In this document: positions 1 through 8,753 of the stretch, in pieces
Numbering within the stretch: position 1 is the stretch's first letter
How the letters are laid out: every line of letters starts with the position of its first letter
NCBI GenBank assembly: GCA_965231775.1
Contig: OZ246888.1
Coordinates: 3,741,590-3,805,589, forward strand
Direction of reading: 5' to 3'
DNA from: Candidatus Binatia bacterium
Lineage (GTDB): Bacteria > Desulfobacterota > Binatia > Bin18
DNA: 64,000 nucleotides
Made by a program: the position numbers and the translations under genes
The notes under the pieces: model-generated
The model's input: only the letters and a program-made list of their open reading frames with translations
The model's database searches: none
Told to the model about the DNA's origin: nothing

Positions 1-1038
1 CTGTGGGGCATGACCGTGCCCAAAGCCTATGGCGGCGCTGAGGTCTCCTATGTCACGGTGGGCGAGGTGATTAAAATCATCTCCGCGGCCGACCCGTCGC
101 TCGGGCAAATCCCGCAAAACCATCTTGCCGTCCTCGATATGATTCGTCTGAGCGCCAGCGAGGAGCAGAAGCGGTTTTTTTTCGGCGAGGTCCTGAAGGG
201 CCTGCGTCTGGGCAACGCCTTTTCCGAACGAGGGAGTAAAACCGCCGGTCATTTTGAGACACAGGTCCGTCGCCAGGGAGAGGGCTATGTAGTCAATGGA
301 CAGAAATTTTATTCCAGCGGCGCGCTCCTCTCACACCTGGTACCGGTGTCCGCTATGGATGAGCACGACAAAACCCTGATCGCCTTTGTTGAGCGCAACA
401 ACCGGGGGCTGCGCATTATTGATGACTGGTCGAGTTTCGGCCAACGTACCACGGCCAGCGGGACCGTTCTCCTGGAGAACGCCTTCGTCCCGGCCAGCCA
501 CGTCATCCCGGCCCATCTCGCCTACGATGTCCCAACCGCCAACGGCCCGGTCGCCCAGATTATTCACGCCGGCGTCGATCTCGGTATCGCCCAGGCCGCC
601 GTTGATGAGACCATCCACTTTGTCCGCAGCTATACCCGACCGTGGATCGATAGCGGTCAGGAGCACGGCTATGAGGACATGTACTCTATCGCCCAAATAG
701 GAGACCTCAGCATGCGCCTGCACGCGGCAGAGGCCCTCCTGGCCCGGTCCGGCCGTGCGGTCGATGCCGCTATTGCCGACCCGAATGAAGACAGCGTGGC
801 CGCAGCCTCGATTGCCGTGGCCGAAGCAAAAGTCGTGACCACGGAAATCGCCATTCAGGCGACCAATAAATTGTTTGAACTCGCCGGTACTCGATCGACA
901 TTGGAGGAGTACAACCTGGACCGTCACTGGCGCAACGCCCGTACCCATACGCTGCACGACCCCGTCCGCTGGAAGTTTCAGGCAATCGGCAATTATTATC
1001 TGAATAATATCAAGCCGCCCCGCCACGCGTGGATATAA
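1..1038 (+). CDS. SfnB/DszC-like acyl-CoA dehydrogenase-family flavin oxidoreductase (5' end cut by window edge)
   Basis: The ORF runs to the window start. The protein (PKAYGGAEVS...NHLAVLD...RPWIDSGQEHGYED...LEEYNLDRHWRN) is about 55% identical to the adjacent downstream paralog. The ACAD fold with a C-terminal 'NLDRHWRNARTHTLHDP' tail is typical of the SfnB sulfur-acquisition oxidoreductase family. Confidence 0.7.
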   Translation: MWGMTVPKAYGGAEVSYVTVGEVIKIISAADPSLGQIPQNHLAVLDMIRLSASEEQKRFFFGEVLKGLRLGNAFSERGSKTAGHFETQVRRQGEGYVVNGQKFYSSGALLSHLVPVSAMDEHDKTLIAFVERNNRGLRIIDDWSSFGQRTTASGTVLLENAFVPASHVIPAHLAYDVPTANGPVAQIIHAGVDLGIAQAAVDETIHFVRSYTRPWIDSGQEHGYEDMYSIAQIGDLSMRLHAAEALLARSGRAVDAAIADPNEDSVAAASIAVAEAKVVTTEIAIQATNKLFELAGTRSTLEEYNLDRHWRNARTHTLHDPVRWKFQAIGNYYLNNIKPPRHAWI

Positions 1039-1060
1039 AGAAACAGGCCAAGGAGAATAT

Positions 1061-2320
1061 ATGAGCCAGGCGCCCTCGCAAGCCACAGCTCCACCGGACC
1101 ACGATATTCGAGTCGCCGCGCCAATGGCGCGGGTCGAGGCTCCGGCCCACATTATTCGTGACGCTCAGGAAGCCCTGGCAGTGGCTCAGCGTCTGGCCGA
1201 GCGCTTTCAGCAGGAGTCGTCCGAGCGCGACCGCGAGCGCCGCCCGCCGCGTAAAGAATTGGACGAGTTCTCACAGAGCGGCTTATGGGGCATCACCATC
1301 CCGAAAGCCTACGGTGGGGCGGAAGTGTCTTTCTCGACCGCAGCCGAAGTCATGGCCATCATCTCCGCCGCAGATTCCTCTTTAGGCCAGATTCCACAGA
1401 ACCATTATTATATGGTTGAAGCCGTCCGGCTGGATGGCACCGAGGAGCAAAAGCGATTCTTTTTCAAGCGGGTGCTGGAGGGCGATCGCTTTGGGAATGC
1501 CTTTGTCGAGCGGGGCACCAAAACCGTTTTTGACTTCCAGGCGCGTCTCACGGCCTCCGGCGACACATTCCTCCTGAACGGCAAGAAATTCTATTCCACG
1601 GGTGCGGTGTTTGCCCACTGGGTGCCGGCTGTGGCCAAGGACGACCAGGGTCGGATTGCCATCGTCTTTGTCAGGCGGGATGCGCCGGGGGTCACCATCA
1701 TCGACGACTGGTCGGGTTTCGGCCAGCGGACCACCGCCAGCGGAACCGCACTGTTCGAGAATGTGGTGGTCGAGCCTTTTTATATTATTGACCACCAGGC
1801 CGCGTTTGACCGTCCCACCTCGATGGGCGCCGTCGCCCAGCTCTTTCATACCGCGGTCGATGCCGGCATCGCCCGCGCAGCCCTGGCCGAGACGCTCGCC
1901 TTTGTCCGCCAGTATACGCGGCCGTGGATCGATAGCGGCCAGGAGCACGGCTACGAGGACCCGTACACTATCCATCAGATTGGCGAGCTTGAGGTCCGGG
2001 TGCACGCCTCGGACGCCCTGCTCGAACGGGCGGGTCGTTTTGTGGATGCGGCGGTCGCCTCACCCACCCAGGAGCATGTCGCTCAAGCCTCGATTGCCGT
2101 GGCTGAGGCCAAAGCCCTGGCTACGGAAGTCTCTCTGTTGACAACAAACAAGCTGTTTGAGTTGGCCGGCACCCGCTCAACCCTGGAGGAATACAACCTG
2201 GACCGGCACTGGCGCAACGCCCGCACCCATACTCTGCACGACCCCGTGCGCTGGAAATATCACGCCATTGGGAACTATTGGCTGAACGGCGTACAGCCGC
2301 CGCGACACGGAGCGAGTTAG
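1061..2320 (+). CDS. SfnB/DszC-like acyl-CoA dehydrogenase-family flavin oxidoreductase (tandem paralog)
   Basis: Full-length 419 aa. It shares the same motifs as the upstream gene (GLWGITIPKAYGGAEVSF, QIPQNHYY, YTRPWIDSGQEHGYED). An RBS-like GGAGAA lies upstream of the ATG. Confidence 0.75.
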   Translation: MSQAPSQATAPPDHDIRVAAPMARVEAPAHIIRDAQEALAVAQRLAERFQQESSERDRERRPPRKELDEFSQSGLWGITIPKAYGGAEVSFSTAAEVMAIISAADSSLGQIPQNHYYMVEAVRLDGTEEQKRFFFKRVLEGDRFGNAFVERGTKTVFDFQARLTASGDTFLLNGKKFYSTGAVFAHWVPAVAKDDQGRIAIVFVRRDAPGVTIIDDWSGFGQRTTASGTALFENVVVEPFYIIDHQAAFDRPTSMGAVAQLFHTAVDAGIARAALAETLAFVRQYTRPWIDSGQEHGYEDPYTIHQIGELEVRVHASDALLERAGRFVDAAVASPTQEHVAQASIAVAEAKALATEVSLLTTNKLFELAGTRSTLEEYNLDRHWRNARTHTLHDPVRWKYHAIGNYWLNGVQPPRHGAS

Positions 2321-2369
2321 CCTCGGCCCGTGCCGCCTGCAAAAGACAGACGGCGCACCGCAAGGGATA

Positions 2370-3092
2370 TTACCTCGGTGTATGCTCGGCCAGAAAGCGC
2401 TCGACCGCCTGCTTGGCAGTCGGGATATGCTCGGGCTCTTTCCAGTGCTCAACCAGCGGGGCCCTGGGGGCGAGCGCGGCAATCTCTCGGGAGGTCTCTT
2501 GGGGGTGATAGAGATCGTCCCCCAGGAGAACTAAGAGTGGCGTTTGACACTCTGAGACAAACTCTTTCGAGACGTTGAAGAGAAAGTCGCCGCTATACAT
2601 ATTTGTTTTGAACGACTCCCACACCTCGGCATCGACGTCGGGCCGGCCAGGTTTCAGCTCGGCAGCCCAGCCATCAAACATGTCAAAAAACGCCTGACGG
2701 TTATCGGACAGACCAATCGTCTGAAAGAGCATGGCCGACGCAACCCGCTGCGGCGCGGCCTGGATGAGGCCCATGCAGTAGGGTCCGCCAATGCACATGC
2801 CGGCCACATGGAAGCGCTCAACTCCCAAATGATCCATCAATGCCAGTTGGTCTTCCGTGTAGGTATGCCAGCTATCCGCGGCACTGACCGGGGCGGTTGA
2901 TTGTCCGGCGTTGCGCTGATCCATTGCGATAACGCGATAGCTGGGGGCAAGCTGCTCAATCGGGTTCCAGGGGGTTTTCTCCCAAAAGGACACGGAAGAG
3001 CGCATGCCGCCCGGTGCGATGAGTAAGATCGGAAATCCGGCGCCCTGCTCTTCGTAATACAACTTGGTCTCGCCACGTTCGAATATCGGCAT
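2370..3092 (-). CDS. alpha/beta hydrolase fold protein
   Basis: 240 aa with a nucleophile elbow HVAGMCIGG and 'LLIAPGG' after the N-terminus, i.e. alpha/beta hydrolase-family motifs. Confidence 0.65.
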   Translation of the reverse strand: MPIFERGETKLYYEEQGAGFPILLIAPGGMRSSVSFWEKTPWNPIEQLAPSYRVIAMDQRNAGQSTAPVSAADSWHTYTEDQLALMDHLGVERFHVAGMCIGGPYCMGLIQAAPQRVASAMLFQTIGLSDNRQAFFDMFDGWAAELKPGRPDVDAEVWESFKTNMYSGDFLFNVSKEFVSECQTPLLVLLGDDLYHPQETSREIAALAPRAPLVEHWKEPEHIPTAKQAVERFLAEHTPR

Positions 3093-3263
3093 ATCTGTTT
3101 CCCTTCACTTTTTTACCGGAGGATAGAAACTTCCGGCTCCCTTTGCAAGTTGTGCCCGGCTCCGATCAGGCCGGACGCTTGACATGGGCATACGGCAATG
3201 GGGTAGAGTGAGCCTCAATTGATCGGGAATCCTCAGTCTTCCGGACAAAGGAAGGAACGGACA

Positions 3264-4391
3264 ATGAAACAGTATCGCGTCATATCGGCCGACTCGCACG
3301 CCATCGAACCGCCTGAGCTGTGGCAACATTACCTGCCCCACGCCTATAAAGACCGTGGGCCGCGTGTCATTGCGGAACCCACGGGAGATATCTGGGTGTG
3401 TGAGGGTATGCCGTCGCATATCGCAAAACGTCCGATGGGCGCGGTGGCAAAAAACAGAGAGAAAGCCTACGCCGCGGCAGCAGCAGGCGATAAACGCTAC
3501 GCCACGGATACGAACGATTGGAACCCGGACGCCCGGGTGCGGTATATGCGTCAGGACGGGGTGGATGCCGAGGTACTGTATCCGAATTACGCCATGCGGG
3601 CCTTTGGCATCTCCGACCCGGACCTGCAACAGGCCGTCTGCCAGGCGTATAATGACTGGCTAAGTGATTTTTGCAGCACCCATCCACAGGAATTGTTCGG
3701 CATTGCCGTCATACCGATCTTTGATGTTGACTGGGCGATACGGGAATGCCGACGAGCCAAGGAAAAGGGGCTGGTTGGGGTGCTGTTGCCGCAGGATACC
3801 CCCGACGGCTCGCGCTACTCGGCGGCCCAATGGGACCCGCTGTGGGCGACGCTGGCCGAACTCGGTATGCCGCTCAGTCTGCATATTATTGCCTCCGGCC
3901 ACGCCAACACCAATTGGACGCGGGATGAGACGGGCGAAGAAAGTGCGGCGGTCGGCTACGCGGTCCTGCCGGTACGCATGGCGCGGGCATTTGGCACGTT
4001 TATCCTGGAGGGCGTGTTTGACCGCCATCCGGGCCTGAAGCTGATTTCGGCCGAGAATGAACTGTCGTGGGCCGCCAATTTTCTGGGTCGCCTGGACTGG
4101 GGCTATCATCGCCGTACTATGGCCAAGGACCCCATGGTCAGGTGCAAACGCCTGCCCAGCGAGTATTGGCATGAGCACTGTTATCTGACATTTATTGATG
4201 ACCTGCCGGGCGTCATGCTGCGCGAGTTCATCGGGGTGGATCGCATCATGTGGTCGTCGGACTTTCCCCACCTCGACAGCAGTTGGCCCGAATCCCGGCG
4301 CTTCCTGGAGAAACATCTGGCCGCTGTCCCCGCAGATGAGGCCCGGCCGATTGTCGCGGAAAATTGTATGCGTTTGTATGGTTTAGGGTAA
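3264..4391 (+). CDS. amidohydrolase-2 family metal-dependent hydrolase (ACMSD-like)
   Basis: The start at internal ATG 3264 is preceded by GGAAGGAA. The signature 'ISADSHAIEP' (H-x-H) near the N-terminus and 'WSSDFPH' near the C-terminus resemble the other four paralogs in the window. Confidence 0.75.
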   Translation: MKQYRVISADSHAIEPPELWQHYLPHAYKDRGPRVIAEPTGDIWVCEGMPSHIAKRPMGAVAKNREKAYAAAAAGDKRYATDTNDWNPDARVRYMRQDGVDAEVLYPNYAMRAFGISDPDLQQAVCQAYNDWLSDFCSTHPQELFGIAVIPIFDVDWAIRECRRAKEKGLVGVLLPQDTPDGSRYSAAQWDPLWATLAELGMPLSLHIIASGHANTNWTRDETGEESAAVGYAVLPVRMARAFGTFILEGVFDRHPGLKLISAENELSWAANFLGRLDWGYHRRTMAKDPMVRCKRLPSEYWHEHCYLTFIDDLPGVMLREFIGVDRIMWSSDFPHLDSSWPESRRFLEKHLAAVPADEARPIVAENCMRLYGLG

Positions 4392-4474
4392 TGGAGGCCG
4401 AACGGTTTTCCTGGAGCGAGACAGAACAAGGTTCTCCGAGAAATCCGGTTGCCAATTCGGGAGGAGAAAGACGT

Positions 4475-4756
4475 TCAGTAGACCTCGTCATGGGTGCCAA
4501 CCGTCTGTAACAGGATCGCCTCAACTCCTTCATGTTGGACAAATTCAAAGATAATCCTCAGGTCGTAACCTGCGCTACATGCCCAAGAGCCTTCTAGGTC
4601 TCCTTTCAGCTTGTGAGTTCTCAGCCTGGGATGAAAAGCATCCACAGAGAGCAACTCCAACGTCGAACACAGGTCTTCCACAAGGTGGGGGCGCTTTTTG
4701 ATTGCGCGTCTGGCCGCTCGGACAAAAGCGGTGGAGCGGACGAGAGCTCGATTCAC
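4475..4756 (-). CDS. type II toxin, RelE/ParE family
   Basis: 93 aa with '...FHPRLRTHKLKGDLEGSWACSAGYDLRIIFEF...GTHDEVY', typical of the RelE/ParE toxin fold. It overlaps the upstream small ORF by 4 nt (ATGA). Confidence 0.65.
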   Translation of the reverse strand: MNRALVRSTAFVRAARRAIKKRPHLVEDLCSTLELLSVDAFHPRLRTHKLKGDLEGSWACSAGYDLRIIFEFVQHEGVEAILLQTVGTHDEVY

Positions 4757-4968
4757 GAAAGGATTTCTTTCATAAGCTCACCCACGGACGAAGAGTGTCC
4801 TTGTCCCTCAGCGAACTCCTTTCGAGCTGCTTGTATTTCTGCTGCGAGCCTTTTGCGCTCCTGTTCGACTATGCGACGTTGCAGTATCTCGATCAGAGTC
4901 TCCTGTTCCTCTGGCGATAAGCCGTCAATCGCTTCTAGCACTTCCCCAAAAAGCATTGCTTGTTCCAT
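4753..4968 (-). CDS. putative antitoxin partner of RelE/ParE toxin
   Basis: About 71 aa from ATG 4968 (MEQAMLFGEVLEAIDGLSPEEQETLIEIL...). It is a small acidic protein immediately upstream of, and translationally coupled to, the toxin. I do not recognise the family. Confidence 0.45.
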   Translation of the reverse strand: MEQAMLFGEVLEAIDGLSPEEQETLIEILQRRIVEQERKRLAAEIQAARKEFAEGQGHSSSVGELMKEILS

Positions 4969-5005
4969 GACTTTCTCCACGTTCCATAGTTTTGAGAGCC
5001 ATAAT

Positions 5006-5467
5006 CTACGAATCGGCACTCAACAATTCGGCCAAACGCTCGTCGGCGTAATACACAACAATCGCCCGTTCGGCGAAGTACCACTCCCCACCGTCACGGA
5101 CAAAACGGTCGTCATAGCGACCGATTGCCTGGCGGGGTGTGGTTTCGTCTTTAGCGATAAGGTCGGCGTCCATATAGGACACCACCTGCGCCTCGTCTCC
5201 GTTCAGATCAATCTGGATGTTGGAGATCTTGTGGCGGAGGTGGGTCAGTTTCGCCCGGAAATATTTATGGTAGTTCGCATACCATTCGCGCACGGCCTCA
5301 CGACCGTTATAGCCGTCGTTGTCTTCAAGGCTGACCACCAGCCGCCCGTTGGGATGAAAGAGCGCGGCCACATCATCCGCGCTGCCACGATCGACTGCAT
5401 GACAGTAGCGATCAATCACCCGGCGGATTGCGGCTTCGTCCACGACCCGACGCATTTCGTCACTCAT
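5006..5467 (-). CDS. SnoaL-like / NTF2-fold protein
   Basis: 153 aa. 'RRVIDRYCHAVDRGSADDVAALFHPNG' is an NTF2-like polyketide-cyclase-type N-terminus. Confidence 0.55.
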   Translation of the reverse strand: MSDEMRRVVDEAAIRRVIDRYCHAVDRGSADDVAALFHPNGRLVVSLEDNDGYNGREAVREWYANYHKYFRAKLTHLRHKISNIQIDLNGDEAQVVSYMDADLIAKDETTPRQAIGRYDDRFVRDGGEWYFAERAIVVYYADERLAELLSADS

Positions 5468-5486
5468 TGGCTTACCTCCTTATGTT

Positions 5487-6110
5487 TTAAGAGCACACGC
5501 AAATATTCTCTTTGAATTGACCTTCACCCTGTGAGTCTTTGTAGATATTCCACAGTTCCCGTCCGGGTTCGTCCCACTGCGGATGCGACGCTTTCTGATC
5601 TTCATACTTATGGAAACGACGGTATATAAACCCAAGCACTTCTGGCCATAAAATCTGAGGAACCTTAGAGTAGTCTTCAGCTACTTCATGATTGCGCTCT
5701 CGACCGAACCACAGTAATGACACGTGGTAGAGTTCGTTCTCATAACGCCCTTCGTCGTAGAGGGCATCTGCTACCAAGCCACATTCACATTCTGGGAAAG
5801 TACCGATCGCACGTACTATTCGGAGCATGTTCCGGCGCTCAGGATTCGTCCATGATTCATTGAAGGGCTCATTCCCACTCTTTACCTCCGCAATAATGAC
5901 AAAAGGCTTATCACAAACTGTGGTAAAATGGCCGTCGTCCACCATCGGATTCTCTAAGTTTTCCGCACGGTGTGGAAACCGAACCCCCAACACATCTACT
6001 TCGGTTTTTTGATTGCTTCCCCTGTCTGGATGTACAACAAAATTCGGAATTGTCAGAAAGCCGTTAAGTCGCAAATACCAATAAGCAAGGTGTTCAGCTT
6101 GGATGTTCAT
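5487..6110 (-). CDS. hypothetical protein, possible PD-(D/E)xK nuclease fold
   Basis: 207 aa. The D in 'TEVDVLGVRF' followed by 'FVIIAEVKSG' (E-x-K) fits a restriction-endonuclease-like core. Local GC is visibly lower than the flanks. Confidence 0.3.
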   Translation of the reverse strand: MNIQAEHLAYWYLRLNGFLTIPNFVVHPDRGSNQKTEVDVLGVRFPHRAENLENPMVDDGHFTTVCDKPFVIIAEVKSGNEPFNESWTNPERRNMLRIVRAIGTFPECECGLVADALYDEGRYENELYHVSLLWFGRERNHEVAEDYSKVPQILWPEVLGFIYRRFHKYEDQKASHPQWDEPGRELWNIYKDSQGEGQFKENICVCS

Positions 6111-6133
6111 AGCGACGTAACGAATTAAGATAC

Positions 6134-6595
6134 CTACTCCGCCGCCGGCTCTAACACCACCACCGGAATCTCGCGCTCGGTCTTGGCCTGATAGTCAATA
6201 TAGGGTGGATAAATGACCGCCATTTTTTCCCACAGCGCAGCCCGCTCTTCTCCACTGGCGGTTCGTGCCTTGGCCTTAAAACGTCTGTCCAGCACCTGCA
6301 CCTCAACCTCCGCGTTGGCGGCCAGATTCAGATACCAGCCGGGATGCTTGGGGGCGCCGCCTTTGGAGGCGACGATAACGTAGTTTCCATCAGCCTCGCC
6401 ATAAATTAAGGGCATGATGCCCGTCTTGCCCGACCGACGACCGGTTGTGGTCAGCAACAGTGTCGGGAGGAGCCCTGGGCCGCCAACCGGCGCGGAGTCC
6501 CACATATGCCCGTCGGCGCCATCCGTATCGAGGTAGCGCTGTAAATGGTCTGCAATCCAGCTTGGCAGATTATCCGGTATTTTGACATCACTCAT
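6134..6595 (-). CDS. deazaflavin (F420)-dependent nitroreductase family protein (DDN/DUF385)
   Basis: 153 aa. 'PLIYGEADGNYVIVASKGGAPKHPGWYLNL' is the hallmark of the Ddn/Rv3547-like split-barrel family. Confidence 0.7.
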   Translation of the reverse strand: MSDVKIPDNLPSWIADHLQRYLDTDGADGHMWDSAPVGGPGLLPTLLLTTTGRRSGKTGIMPLIYGEADGNYVIVASKGGAPKHPGWYLNLAANAEVEVQVLDRRFKAKARTASGEERAALWEKMAVIYPPYIDYQAKTEREIPVVVLEPAAE

Positions 6596-6639
6596 ACTAT
6601 TCTCCTTTTCTTTTGTTTGACGGTCTTACACACTGAAAC

Positions 6640-7035
6640 TCACTGTTCCGGCAGGTCTTCCAATAGCAGGGTTCGAGCCGCCATGATGACATGCTTTTCA
6701 ACTCCGTTCCGCCGATGTTCGTTTGCCGCTAAAAACTCCTTGCTTTCCACCATATCAATAAACGCTGCGCGGCTTGGATAATAGACGAGGATCGCCCAAT
6801 CCCAGTCCACATCGCCACCTTCGTGCAGCGCTGCTTCTGCCACCGGCCCGGCCCACAGCACCCGGCCACCGCGCTCCTCAACCAGCTTCTGGACCGGTTT
6901 GGTGTACCGAGCGTAGGCTTCCCGGCCCGTTCCGTCTCCGTCCAGCGACTGCGTGCGATACTTGATCAGATTAATCATGGTGACCAGGCCGTCGTCAGAC
7001 GACTCACGGAGCAAATCGACGTTGAATGTGCTCAT
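6640..7035 (-). CDS. DUF1330 domain protein
   Basis: I chose ATG 7035 (MSTFNV...) to avoid overlap with the upstream gene. It is a small protein with 'INLIKYR...VLWAG' similar to the second DUF1330 gene at 15970. Confidence 0.55.
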   Translation of the reverse strand: MSTFNVDLLRESSDDGLVTMINLIKYRTQSLDGDGTGREAYARYTKPVQKLVEERGGRVLWAGPVAEAALHEGGDVDWDWAILVYYPSRAAFIDMVESKEFLAANEHRRNGVEKHVIMAARTLLLEDLPEQ

Positions 7036-7054
7036 AGGCTTTCTCTTGTAATGC

Positions 7055-7471
7055 TCAGAACAGGTCGAGTTGTTGCTTCTCTTCACTCTCGTTTTTCAGG
7101 GGATGGAAACCGTGCGCCACGGCCCAATCCGGGTCGGGCCCCTGCCAACCGAAGCGTCCGAGATCGGTCACGCCTTTGACACTAAAAGTGACCCCTTCCT
7201 GCTCAAGTAAAGTCTGCTGACGTTGCCCGGTACTCACTCTGCCCTGCGCATTAATGACCCGCTGCCACGGAACGGGCGGGTCCGGCTGTCCGTCCCGTAG
7301 AGCGGCCATGGCGTCACCAACCTCCCGGGCGGTCACCGGCGGTCCCATGACTTGGGCGATGTGGCCGTAGGTGGCGACACGCCCGTATGGAATTTGCCGG
7401 GCAATCTCGTAAACGCGCGCAAACACCGAACGCGGTCCGTCTGCTTCTCCGGCTCGATCAGGCTGCTGCAT
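7055..7471 (-). CDS. alkyltransferase-like protein (ATL; MGMT-family DNA-binding domain lacking the Cys acceptor)
   Basis: It has an MGMT C-terminal-domain pattern (IPYGRVATYGHIA...AREVGDA...PWQRVINAQGRVS). The canonical P-C-H-R-V active site reads P-W-Q-R-V, so Trp replaces the alkyl-acceptor Cys. Confidence 0.6.
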   Translation of the reverse strand: MQQPDRAGEADGPRSVFARVYEIARQIPYGRVATYGHIAQVMGPPVTAREVGDAMAALRDGQPDPPVPWQRVINAQGRVSTGQRQQTLLEQEGVTFSVKGVTDLGRFGWQGPDPDWAVAHGFHPLKNESEEKQQLDLF

Positions 7472-7489
7472 CCGGCTTCCTCTCCGTCA

Positions 7490-8617
7490 CTATCCGGCAA
7501 AGCGCGGCATCACTTTCGTAGCGAAGAGCTCGAAGCTGCGCAGAATGGTATCACGCGGCAGAAGCCCATCGCCCAAGAGGAAAAACATTTCGTCCGTCCC
7601 GATTTTCTGGGCCAACTCGATTTTGCGCGACACGCTGTCCGGGTCCCCGATCAAGGGTTCGGCAACACCCAGTCCGAACGGAATACCCCACTTTTCCCAA
7701 AACCAGCGGGTGTCTGCCATGATCTGGGGCGTTTCCGAGGGGTTCTCCGTGAGTACGAGTTGGCCGCCCAAGGCCAGCTCGGTGCCGGGTTTGACCGTCC
7801 GGCCCACCTTTTCCGCCTCCTCCCGATAGACACTCTGGAGGCGGGCGCACAGCTCCTCGTGCAGAAGAATGATAATCGGCTTCCCGCCTTCCCGGCCCCA
7901 ATAGCGAATGGATTCCGTATTATGGGTAAAGCCGGCATACAGCGGCGGGTGTGGATTCTGGTACGGTCGTGGCGCGATGCCGATCTCTTCGATGCTCATG
8001 TCGTCCTTCACCCCGGCGCCGAACTGCGTGTACGCTTCCATGGGATGCGGATTTTTTGCGCCTTCGGGTGGAAACTGCCAGAACTCGCCGCGATGGGAAA
8101 ACGTATCGCTGCTCCAGGCCTTCTTGATGACCGCGACCGCTTCTTCAAACGCCCGGCGGTTTTTGAGATCGGAGGCTTGTTTTTTATTCCAATGGCCGAC
8201 GGCTTCGACGCCGGGCAAGCTGCCGTAATTCTGGACCCAGCGCGCCTGATAGCCCCGCACGAAGGCCACGTTCAGGCGGCCCTCCAGCATATGATCCAGC
8301 ATGGCCACATCTTCAGCCACGCGCAGGGGGTTGTGGGTGTTGAGGACATAGCCAAGGATGTCCACTTTGAGGCGCTTTGAGTTTTGCCCAATAAACATGC
8401 TCAGCAAACCGGGGCTGCCGGTGGCTTCCATACCCTCAATCTGGAGGTGGTGCTCGGGGTGGCCGAAGCCTTCAAAACCGGCTTGGTCACACACCGTGAC
8501 GTATTCTTTGAGGTCTTTGAGCATGCGCTGGTAGAGCTCGGGTCGCTTGCCAGCCATGCCGCCTTCGAGCTCTTTCCGGGTCCCCACCGTACAATAGGCA
8601 ATCGCGTGAAATTTCAT
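7490..8617 (-). CDS. luciferase-like monooxygenase (LLM) family flavin/F420-dependent oxidoreductase
   Basis: 375 aa TIM-barrel LLM pattern (EGFGHPEHH, LGYVLNTHNP). Confidence 0.7.
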   Translation of the reverse strand: MKFHAIAYCTVGTRKELEGGMAGKRPELYQRMLKDLKEYVTVCDQAGFEGFGHPEHHLQIEGMEATGSPGLLSMFIGQNSKRLKVDILGYVLNTHNPLRVAEDVAMLDHMLEGRLNVAFVRGYQARWVQNYGSLPGVEAVGHWNKKQASDLKNRRAFEEAVAVIKKAWSSDTFSHRGEFWQFPPEGAKNPHPMEAYTQFGAGVKDDMSIEEIGIAPRPYQNPHPPLYAGFTHNTESIRYWGREGGKPIIILLHEELCARLQSVYREEAEKVGRTVKPGTELALGGQLVLTENPSETPQIMADTRWFWEKWGIPFGLGVAEPLIGDPDSVSRKIELAQKIGTDEMFFLLGDGLLPRDTILRSFELFATKVMPRFAG

Positions 8618-8669
8618 ACAGTTTGTACTCCAGCCTTTCGCCTCGTCAGCCTACCCCATATACCCCCAC

Positions 8670-8698
8670 AAAAAAAAGGTGGGTCCAGTGGACCCACC
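8670..8698 (-). terminator. intrinsic terminator after the TauD-like gene
   Basis: On the minus strand a perfect 10-bp stem (GGTGGGTCCA/TGGACCCACC) is followed by a run of 8 T (the A-run at 8670-8677 on the plus strand). It lies about 60 nt after the TauD stop. Confidence 0.6.
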
Positions 8699-8753
8699 CT
8701 CCGAGGCAATAGTAGCGACGGAAAGAGAGCGTATGAAGCGGTTGTTCGTCTCT

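Noticed and set aside
2320-2370. Terminator hairpin between the convergent SfnB-like and alpha/beta-hydrolase genes
   Set aside because: The apparent inverted repeat (CGCCTGC…CAGACGGCG) does not pair cleanly when written out, and there is no U-run.
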